This document shows, piece after piece, positions 1 through 7,077 of a stretch of 14,047 nucleotides of DNA. The translations under genes and the position numbers were made by a program. The DNA is taken from the NCBI GenBank assembly GCA_029246845.1, contig JAQWMJ010000017.1:1-14047 (forward strand), written 5' to 3'. This DNA comes from Thermodesulfobacteriota bacterium. Its GTDB lineage: Bacteria; Desulfobacterota_D; UBA1144. The notes beneath the pieces are model-generated. The model saw nothing but the letters and a program-made list of their open reading frames with translations. It had not been told where the DNA came from and did not search any database. Each line of letters opens with the position of its first letter. The stretch's first letter is position 1.

Positions 1-530
1 TTTAACAAATCTTCTACTTTAAGTTTAGAGTCTCTTATATATACTTGATTCAATAAACAAGACTCCTCAAGTATCTTATTAAGCTTACCTAAAACCATCT
101 TCTCAACAATCTCAGGTTTTTTACCTGAATCTTCTAGTTGAGCCAAAATTATCTTTTTTTCTTCTTCAATAAATGTCTCAGGCATATCATCTTTTGAAAC
201 AAATTTTGGGTCAGATGCGGCTATTTGCATAGCTACTTCTTTAGCAAAATCTTGGAACTCACTATTTCTGGCAACAAAATCTGTCTCGCAATTAATCTCA
301 ACAATGATACCTATCTTTCCACCCGCGTGAATATATGAGAAAATTTGCCCCTCAGGTGTATTTCTTCCACTTTTTTTCTCGACTTTAGATAGTCCTTTAA
401 TTTTTAGTATTTCAATAGCTTTAGCTATGTTGCCTTCAGACTCTTGTAAAGCCTTCTTACAATCAAGCAAAGGTGCACTGGTTTTTTCTCTTACGTCTCG
501 GACATGCTCTGGAAGTATTTCGTTCGCCAT
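1..530 (-). CDS. tsf: Elongation factor Ts, short (Thermus/cyanobacterial-like) form; 3' end lies outside the window
   Basis: Not in the ORF track. Manual translation from ATG at 530 gives MANEILPEHVRDVREKTSAPLLDCKKALQESEGNIAKAIEIL...YIHAGGKIGIIVEINCETDFVARNSEFQDFAKEVAMQIAASDP...CLLNQVYIRD. It has the DCKKAL and NCETDFVA signatures and starts 2 nt after the rpsB stop. Confidence 0.98.
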   Translation of the reverse strand, partial: MANEILPEHVRDVREKTSAPLLDCKKALQESEGNIAKAIEILKIKGLSKVEKKSGRNTPEGQIFSYIHAGGKIGIIVEINCETDFVARNSEFQDFAKEVAMQIAASDPKFVSKDDMPETFIEEEKKIILAQLEDSGKKPEIVEKMVLGKLNKILEESCLLNQVYIRDSKLKVEDLL

Positions 531-532
531 TT

Positions 533-1417
533 TTACACTTTTTCTTCGGCTTTGTCTTCTGAATAAACTACTGACTCTTGTTCATTTTCTGGTGTATTAG
601 TTTTAAAAACAAAAGCTTTTCTTTCAACAATTACCCCATCCTGGGAATCCTCTTCAGGTTGAATCTGACCAGAATTAATTTTCTGTGAATATATAAGTCT
701 TCCCTCATTTGTAGCAGCAGCCATCTTTTCTACGCATAACTTAACCGCTCTTATAGCATCATCGTTACTAGGGATTATAAAGTCGGCATCTGAAGGGTTA
801 GAATTTGTATCCACTACCCCTACGATAGGTATTCCTAGCTTCCTTGCTTCTTTAATAGCTATATCTTCTTTTTTAGTATCGACTACAAAAAGAGCAGCAG
901 GCATTTTTCTCATGTTTACAATTCCATTTAATAGATATTCGAGCTTTGTTAGCTCTCTATTTAAACTAATTTGCTCTTTTTTGGGTAGATTCTCAAATTC
1001 ACCGTCTTCTTTCAATCTTTTTAACTGAAGCATGTATTCAACTCTGGATCTTATTGTATTAAAATTAGTTAAAGTTCCCCCTAACCATCTTGAATTTACA
1101 AAAGGCATGTCACATTTAATTGCTTCTTCGCCTATAATTTCTTGAGCTTGCTTCTTGGTGCCAACAAAAAGTATATCTTTTCCGGTTGCAGTTAAATCTC
1201 TAACGAAATCATATGCGACTAAAAAGGACTTCAAAGTCTTCTGTAAATCAATAATATGAATTCCATTCCTAGAACCATAGATATAGTCTTTCATTGCAGG
1301 GTTCCATTGACTCGATTGATGACCAAAATGAACGCCAGCTTCTAAAAGCTGCTTCATAGTGATTACAGTGTCTTGTTCTTTCTCAATGGGTTTTTCAACT
1401 TTTTCTTCGTTACTCAT
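533..1417 (-). CDS. rpsB: 30S ribosomal protein S2 with charged N- and C-terminal extensions
   Basis: [29 protein letters not shown] and [11 protein letters not shown] motifs; canonical rpsB-tsf order. The start could alternatively be the internal Met of TMKQLL. Confidence 0.98.
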   Translation of the reverse strand: MSNEEKVEKPIEKEQDTVITMKQLLEAGVHFGHQSSQWNPAMKDYIYGSRNGIHIIDLQKTLKSFLVAYDFVRDLTATGKDILFVGTKKQAQEIIGEEAIKCDMPFVNSRWLGGTLTNFNTIRSRVEYMLQLKRLKEDGEFENLPKKEQISLNRELTKLEYLLNGIVNMRKMPAALFVVDTKKEDIAIKEARKLGIPIVGVVDTNSNPSDADFIIPSNDDAIRAVKLCVEKMAAATNEGRLIYSQKINSGQIQPEEDSQDGVIVERKAFVFKTNTPENEQESVVYSEDKAEEKV

Positions 1418-1477
1418 AATATAAGCAGAAAATTTAACACATATATAACCAAAATCAAATGATAATAATTAATATTT

Positions 1478-1514
1478 TTGATAGAAAAAAACTATTATTC
1501 ATATAGTATATACT
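1478..1514 (+). promoter_or_regulatory. Candidate sigma70 promoter for tRNA-Ser/rsmI
   Basis: TTGATA (1478-1483), 18 nt spacer, TATAGT (1502-1507); alternative -10 TATACT at 1509-1514. The AT-rich background weakens this call. Confidence 0.4.
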
Positions 1515-1524
1515 GTTCAAGAAT

Positions 1525-1607
1525 GGAGGGCTGGCAGAATTGGCAATGCACCGGTCTTGAAAACCGGCGTCCTCACGGACTTCAGGGTTCGAGTCCCTGG
1601 CCCTCCG
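1525..1607 (+). tRNA. tRNA-Ser (anticodon UGA), CCA not encoded
   Basis: Acceptor stem GGAGGGC/GCCCTCC, anticodon arm CCGGT-CTTGAAA-ACCGG, class II variable arm GTCC-TCAC-GGAC, T arm CAGGG-TTCGAGT-CCCTG, discriminator G. Followed by ATT rather than CCA. Confidence 0.97.
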
Positions 1608-1614
1608 ATTTATT

Positions 1615-2445
1615 ATGAGTTTTTATATAGTTCCAACACCTATTGGCAATCTTAAAGATTTTTCAAGTAGATCTATTGATATACTAAAGAATTCCCACAT
1701 CATACTTTGTGAAAAGAAGGAACGTGCGTTAAAACTTTTAAATTATTTTGAGATAAAGCCCACGTTTTTAATATCTTATCATGATGATAAGTGTGAAAAA
1801 ATAGCACCACAAGTCATAAAAGAGTTGCAAAACAAAAGGGATGTTTCTCTAATATCTGATGCTGGAACTCCATTAATATCAGATCCTGGTCATAAAATCA
1901 TAAAGATACTTGTTGATAACCAGATTGAACCAATTTCTATTCCAGGACCAAGCTCTATTACCTCTGCACTAATATTGACCACTTTGGACATAAGCAATTT
2001 TCTATTTTTAGGTTTCTTGCCAAAAAATAATAGCAAGATACAAAAGATTCTTTTTGATAATCTTAAACTAAATATTCCGCTAGTAATTCTTCTAAATTCG
2101 AAAGAATTAATAACGCTATTAGATATTTTAAATAAAGACTTTAGAAATACTTTCCTATCCGTCACGAAAGAAATATCAAAAATCAATGAAGGGACAAGAC
2201 GTGGAATGGTAGATGAAATAATTACTCTATTAAACGACGAATTCTTTAGAAAGGGGGAGTTTACTTTAACTATTAAAAGCAAGGACGAAAAGAAAGAAGG
2301 TCTAGACTTAATAGAAATATCTAGCTTACTTACTTCACTAAAGTCTGAGGGTTTATCACTAAAGCAAAGTGTAAAAATAATTAAAGAACAGAGCAAAGTA
2401 AGTAAGAAAGTTATTTATACCGAAGCCTTAAAAATTTGGGGTTAA
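1615..2445 (+). CDS. rsmI: 16S rRNA (cytidine1402-2'-O)-methyltransferase RsmI, divergent
   Basis: YIVPTPIGNL, SDAGTPLISDPG, IPGPSS, FLGFLP and KGEF motifs; typical length. Confidence 0.92.
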   Translation: MSFYIVPTPIGNLKDFSSRSIDILKNSHIILCEKKERALKLLNYFEIKPTFLISYHDDKCEKIAPQVIKELQNKRDVSLISDAGTPLISDPGHKIIKILVDNQIEPISIPGPSSITSALILTTLDISNFLFLGFLPKNNSKIQKILFDNLKLNIPLVILLNSKELITLLDILNKDFRNTFLSVTKEISKINEGTRRGMVDEIITLLNDEFFRKGEFTLTIKSKDEKKEGLDLIEISSLLTSLKSEGLSLKQSVKIIKEQSKVSKKVIYTEALKIWG

Positions 2446-2448
2446 CTT

Positions 2449-3924
2449 TTAGGGTTGAAACTTAGACTTGAACCCAACTTCATTTTCTACTATAGAGGAC
2501 ACTTTCAAAAGAGATTCCTCACATAACTTATTAGCAGTCAGCTGAGCCCCAATAGGAAGATTAGATGATGATGTTGCAAAAGGTATAGAAATTGAAGGTA
2601 GTTCTGCAAGGTTAGCAGGTATAGTGAGAATATCAGAAAGATACATACTTAAAGGGTTATCTTTTTTTTCTCCTAATTTGAAAGGTAATTCAGGAGAGGT
2701 AGGAGTCAAAATACAATCTACATCTTTAAATGCTTCGTTAAAATCCTCTTCTATCATTCTTTTAACTTTTATCGCCTTTAGATAATAAGCATCATAGTAA
2801 CCTGAGGATAGGGCATAAGTTCCCAACATTATTCTTCTTTTCACCTCTTCACCAAAGCCAGCGGATCTATTCTTTACATAAAACTCATCTAAGGTTTCTG
2901 ATGTTGTTTTTTCATTGAATCCATATCTGATTCCATCATATCTCGACAGATTAGAACTAGCCTCGGACGGTGCAATTATATAGTAAATTGCTACAGCATA
3001 TTTGGAACTTGGTAGGGAAACATTTGTTATTTGAAAACCCATTTTCTTTAATTTTGCTATAAGAAGAGTAAAATTTTCCTCGATTTCCGAGTCTAGTCCT
3101 TTATTCAATAAATCATAAGGAATTCCTATCTTAAATTCACTTGGCGAAAAATCATTCTTCTTCAATGCTTCATAACATTTAGTAGGAGCTAGTTTGAGAG
3201 ATGTTGCATCTCTATTGTCGAATCCTGAAAGTGCATCAAGCAATATAGCAGAGTCGTGCACATTATGTGTGAGGGGGCCGGCTTGGTCAAGGGAAGATGA
3301 GAAGGCTATCATCCCATATCTGCTCACCCTTCCATAAGTTGGCTTTAATCCAACAATCCCGCAAAACGAAGCAGGTTGCCTAATTGAGCCACCTGTATCT
3401 GTTCCAATTGACGCTACAGCTAATCTTCCAGCTACAGATGCTGCAGAGCCTCCACTAGACCCTCCCGGAACCCTTTTATGGTCCCATGGGTTTAATGTTG
3501 GTCCAAAGTAAGATGTTTCAGTTGATGAACCCATAGCAAATTCATCCATATTAGTTTTACCTAATATTATTGCACCTTTATCGTGCAATCTAGTTTTAAC
3601 TGTTGAATCATAATTAGAGACATAATCTGAAAGCATTTTTGACCCACAAGTACATATTTTATCTTTAACCAAGAAAATATCCTTTAAACTGATGGGTATT
3701 CCAGACAATAGGGAAAGGTCTTCCCTACCCTGCTTAAACAGATCATCGAATTCGGATGCTCTAGTTACTGCATCATCCACATAAGTATCAATGTATACAT
3801 TCAATTCATGTTTAACTTTTATATTCTCAAGGAAGGCTTCCATAATTTCTGACGGCTTGAAGTCTTGATTCTTAAAACCTTCTGCAACAGATTCGATTGT
3901 AAGTAGTTCAACATTACTCTTCAT
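2449..3924 (-). CDS. gatA: Asp/Glu-tRNA(Asn/Gln) amidotransferase subunit A
   Basis: Amidase signature GKTNMDEFAMGSS, PGGSSGGSAA, GTDTGGSIRQPA; GatA-specific EASSNLSRYDG and EVKRRIMLGTYALSSGYYDAYY; overlaps gatC by 11 nt. Confidence 0.98.
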   Translation of the reverse strand: MKSNVELLTIESVAEGFKNQDFKPSEIMEAFLENIKVKHELNVYIDTYVDDAVTRASEFDDLFKQGREDLSLLSGIPISLKDIFLVKDKICTCGSKMLSDYVSNYDSTVKTRLHDKGAIILGKTNMDEFAMGSSTETSYFGPTLNPWDHKRVPGGSSGGSAASVAGRLAVASIGTDTGGSIRQPASFCGIVGLKPTYGRVSRYGMIAFSSSLDQAGPLTHNVHDSAILLDALSGFDNRDATSLKLAPTKCYEALKKNDFSPSEFKIGIPYDLLNKGLDSEIEENFTLLIAKLKKMGFQITNVSLPSSKYAVAIYYIIAPSEASSNLSRYDGIRYGFNEKTTSETLDEFYVKNRSAGFGEEVKRRIMLGTYALSSGYYDAYYLKAIKVKRMIEEDFNEAFKDVDCILTPTSPELPFKLGEKKDNPLSMYLSDILTIPANLAELPSISIPFATSSSNLPIGAQLTANKLCEESLLKVSSIVENEVGFKSKFQP

Positions 3925-4198
3925 CTATAACTTTTGTAACTGCAAAGAAATTATTTTCTACTTTGGCTGAATTCTTTACAACATCCTCAACTTTTAATTT
4001 TTCAATTACAGAGTCGTCTCTAAACGAATATTCAACTATTTTTTCATCTTTACTTATTTCTGTAGTATCAGCTTGATCAAGAAGGTCGATATATTCTATA
4101 ATTTCAGAAAAATTTTTCAGAAAACTATCTATCTTACTTTCTTCAATTGAAAGTCTAGATAACTTAGATATTTTTAATACTTCTTTTTTCTCTATCAT
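3914..4198 (-). CDS. gatC: Asp/Glu-tRNA(Asn/Gln) amidotransferase subunit C
   Basis: 94 aa with a GatC-like pattern (KISKLSRL, IIEYIDLL, FRDD, NFFAVTKVI); directly upstream of gatA; SD-like AAGGGG 6 nt before the ATG. Confidence 0.92.
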   Translation of the reverse strand: MIEKKEVLKISKLSRLSIEESKIDSFLKNFSEIIEYIDLLDQADTTEISKDEKIVEYSFRDDSVIEKLKVEDVVKNSAKVENNFFAVTKVIDEE

Positions 4199-4215
4199 AT
4201 AAAACCCCTTAGACG

Positions 4216-5229
4216 CTAGTTGATTTTACTAAGAATAAAATCTAACACATTTTCCTCTAATTTGACGTTATTAGCCCGATTAATTTCTTGAACACAAGTA
4301 GGACTAGTAATATTAATTTCTGTTAACTTTCCAGCAATAATATCTATTCCTGCAAAATATATATGATTATCTATTAAAAAATCTTTAATTTGATTGCAAA
4401 TATACAAATCACTTTTGGTAATCTCCGTAGGAGAAGGTCTCCCGCCGGAATGAAAATTACATATGAAGCTACCTTCCTTTGCAATTCTAAGTATAGCGCC
4501 CAAGGGTTCTCCATTTAATATAATTATCCTTTTATCACCTTTATCTACGTCTTTTAAGAATTCTTGCACAATGTATGTATCTTCTACTAAGTCCACAGAA
4601 TTAAATCTTTCACCATCATACCTTTGAACCCCTTCACCTCCACATAAATTTAACGGCTTAATGACAACTCCATTTGAGAACTTTTTTGCATATTTATCCA
4701 ATTCTATCTTAGTAGGATTTTTTAGTATAAAAGTTTTTGGAATAAGGTTTGGAAAATTCAAGGTACAGAGCTTCTCATTCAAATTTATAAGAGCAGAAGG
4801 ATTATTGACTATCATCACATCATTTTTTATAGATTCTAAATATGAACAAGCCTCCAAATAAACATCATCTACGGGGGGATCAGATCTCATAAATATGACA
4901 GAAGAACCAGCTAGGCTAAAATCCTCTAGAATATGATATTCAGATTCGCTTTTAATATTTAGACCAGATTCTATTGCCCAGCTTGAATTAATCAATACTG
5001 ATTCTTTTACAGATTCTTTTTCTATAACCTCAACAGCTCTAGCTTCCTTAGCTGCAACTATATTAATTTTTTTTGATTCTCTATTATAAGTAAAGTGTAT
5101 TCCTCTGTGATCACAAACTAGAATATTTAATCCTCTTCGTTGAGCCTCAAGCATCAGCAGATAACTTGTGTCTTTTTCTGGGTCAATAAATTTTTCCGTG
5201 CTTAATATAAAGAGTGCTATAGGATTCAT
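4216..5229 (-). CDS. gshB: Glutathione synthetase (prokaryotic ATP-grasp type) with an N-domain insertion
   Basis: KDTSYLLMLEAQRRG, MRSDPP, NEKL, KPL..GG, GDKRI, GIDII and TEINITSPT match GshB motifs. The start overlaps the carA stop (TAATG). Confidence 0.9.
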   Translation of the reverse strand: MNPIALFILSTEKFIDPEKDTSYLLMLEAQRRGLNILVCDHRGIHFTYNRESKKINIVAAKEARAVEVIEKESVKESVLINSSWAIESGLNIKSESEYHILEDFSLAGSSVIFMRSDPPVDDVYLEACSYLESIKNDVMIVNNPSALINLNEKLCTLNFPNLIPKTFILKNPTKIELDKYAKKFSNGVVIKPLNLCGGEGVQRYDGERFNSVDLVEDTYIVQEFLKDVDKGDKRIIILNGEPLGAILRIAKEGSFICNFHSGGRPSPTEITKSDLYICNQIKDFLIDNHIYFAGIDIIAGKLTEINITSPTCVQEINRANNVKLEENVLDFILSKIN

Positions 5230-6299
5230 TAGATAATCTCAACAAATTTTTTAAAATATTTTTTTGAGTCATGGGGGCCTGGGGAGGCTTCTGGATGGTG
5301 TTGAACAGAAAAACACTTATTCTTTTTAGATTCTATTCCCTCAACCGTCATATCATTTAAATTTATATGGGTTATAGCAACGTCACCAATCTCTTTATTT
5401 CTAACAGCAAAACCGTGATTTTGAGAGGTAATCTCAACTTTATTTGATTCCATTTCCATAACAGGATGATTCCCACCTCTATGACCAAATTTTAACTTGA
5501 AAGTTTCCATACCAAGCGCTATAGATAAAAGCTGGTGCCCTAGGCAAATCCCAAATATTGGCTTATAACCAATCAATTCTTTTATGTTATTAATTGCATA
5601 AATTGCTGCGGCGGGGTCACCAGGACCATTAGATAAAAGTATCCCATCTGGATTAATACTTCTAATTATATCTGGGCTAGTATCGCAAGGTCCTACAACA
5701 AGATTCAAGCCAAATTCCTTGTTTAGAATCTGAATAATATTACTTTTACACCCGAAATCATAAACAAAAACTTTTTTTGCATTTTCTTCACCTGGAACGA
5801 AATAAGTTTCTTTGCAGGTTGCTTTTAGAGTCAAATCGTTACCAGTCATTACTGGGAACTTGCTAATTTTATCTTTTAACCTTATCAAGTCTTTATCATT
5901 ACTAATTATACATTTTTGAGCACCATCTCCTCTAATAATCCTTACTAACTTTCTTGTATCAATCCCTGATATTCCAACAACTTTATTTTGCTTGAGATAA
6001 GAATCTAAGGATTGCTTTGAAGTAAAATTCGAAGGATAGTTACAGTGCTCTCTAACTATCAATCCTCTTGCAAAACAAGAATCAGATTCGTTATCTGAGT
6101 CATTAATTCCATAATTACCAATATGCGGATAAGTCATTAAGACAATTTGTGAATGGTAAGACGGGTCAGTCAATATTTCTTGATAGCCTGTCATAGAGGT
6201 GTTAAATACAATTTCACCTAAGGCTTCACCATTAAAACCAAAAGAAAATCCCTCAAAGACTTCACCATTTTCTAGGTATAAAATACAATTCTTATCCAT
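5229..6299 (-). CDS. carA: Carbamoyl-phosphate synthase small (glutaminase) subunit
   Basis: GEIVFNTSMTGYQE, LSNGPGDP, catalytic GICLGHQ, GHRGGNHP, TSQNHG and HPEASPGPHD. The start is placed at ATG 6299 (MDKNCILYLENG) rather than the track's TTG at 6338, because homology begins there. Confidence 0.97.
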   Translation of the reverse strand: MDKNCILYLENGEVFEGFSFGFNGEALGEIVFNTSMTGYQEILTDPSYHSQIVLMTYPHIGNYGINDSDNESDSCFARGLIVREHCNYPSNFTSKQSLDSYLKQNKVVGISGIDTRKLVRIIRGDGAQKCIISNDKDLIRLKDKISKFPVMTGNDLTLKATCKETYFVPGEENAKKVFVYDFGCKSNIIQILNKEFGLNLVVGPCDTSPDIIRSINPDGILLSNGPGDPAAAIYAINNIKELIGYKPIFGICLGHQLLSIALGMETFKLKFGHRGGNHPVMEMESNKVEITSQNHGFAVRNKEIGDVAITHINLNDMTVEGIESKKNKCFSVQHHPEASPGPHDSKKYFKKFVEII

Positions 6300-6309
6300 T
6301 AAAACACTA

Positions 6310-6338
6310 AAAATACTTCCTTTAATAGTTTTAGTCAA
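6310..6338 (-). promoter_or_regulatory. Candidate sigma70 promoter for carA-gshB-gatC-gatA
   Basis: On the minus strand: TTGACT (6338-6333), 17 nt spacer, TATTTT (6315-6310), then 10 nt to the carA ATG. Confidence 0.45.
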
Positions 6339-6360
6339 TTAGAATAATTATTGAGAAAAC

Positions 6361-7077
6361 ATGAAACTTCAATCAGTTAGGAATCTATTAGTAAATATTA
6401 GCAATGACTTTTTTTATAAAGGCTACTATCCTTCGGGTGATTTAAAATCATATCAGCTTAAATACTGGTTAACTTTTATAGTTAATATTTACTTAAAAAT
6501 ATATCATAGGGTAAAAGTTATAAATCCTGAAAATATCCCACAAGTTGGAGGAGGTGTTATAGCCTCTAATCATTTATCTCATCTTGATGGAATAATAATT
6601 AATTCTATAACAGCCTTTCATACAAGAAGGAAGATAAATTTCTTAGCCGCTGAAGATGTTTATAATAAAAACTTTCTATTCAGGTTTCTTTGTGATCTTG
6701 GAAATTGCATACCTGTAAAAAGAGCCACTAGTGATAGAGTTGCATTGCTTAAAGTTATAAAACTTCTAAAAAAAGATAATCTATGTGGGCTATTTCCCGA
6801 AGGTCAAAGATCTAGAGACGGAAAGATGGGTCAAGCAAAACTCGGTGTTGCAATAATGGCTTTAAAATCTGGCTCTCCAATAATTCCTCTGGCAATTAAG
6901 GGCACGTTCGAAGCTTTCCCTAGAAAAACTAAATTTATAAAACCTGCCAATGTTATTTTAAAATTTGGTGAGCCTATTAGATATGATATAGAGAAAAAAC
7001 CCTCGAAGGAAAGGATTAACAATGTAAGAGATGAGATAATGAGTAAGATTCAAGCCTTATACAATGAAATCAGCTAA
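6361..7077 (+). CDS. plsC: 1-acyl-sn-glycerol-3-phosphate acyltransferase (PlsC/LPLAT family)
   Basis: Catalytic NHxxxxD motif (SNHLSHLD), FPEGQRS and PIIPLAI blocks. Confidence 0.88.
   Translation: MKLQSVRNLLVNISNDFFYKGYYPSGDLKSYQLKYWLTFIVNIYLKIYHRVKVINPENIPQVGGGVIASNHLSHLDGIIINSITAFHTRRKINFLAAEDVYNKNFLFRFLCDLGNCIPVKRATSDRVALLKVIKLLKKDNLCGLFPEGQRSRDGKMGQAKLGVAIMALKSGSPIIPLAIKGTFEAFPRKTKFIKPANVILKFGEPIRYDIEKKPSKERINNVRDEIMSKIQALYNEIS

Noticed and set aside
1525..1607. The tRNA as a UGA suppressor or tRNA-Sec, or as an island integration site
   Set aside because: Anticodon UGA reads UCA (Ser), whereas Sec needs anticodon UCA, and the acceptor stem is a normal 7 bp. I saw no integrase or duplicated tRNA 3' end, and the flanks are core genes.
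1890..2396. 168-aa minus-strand ORF
   Set aside because: Antisense shadow of rsmI; Ser/Phe/Ile/Leu-rich composition typical of the reverse frame of AT-rich genes; no motifs.
4661..4861. 66-aa plus-strand ORF
   Set aside because: Entirely antisense to gshB; no recognisable motif.
6300..6338. TTG-started 13-aa extension of CarA
   Set aside because: The TTG is better explained as part of a -35 box; homology begins at ATG 6299.
6831..7022. 63-aa minus-strand ORF
   Set aside because: Antisense shadow within plsC.
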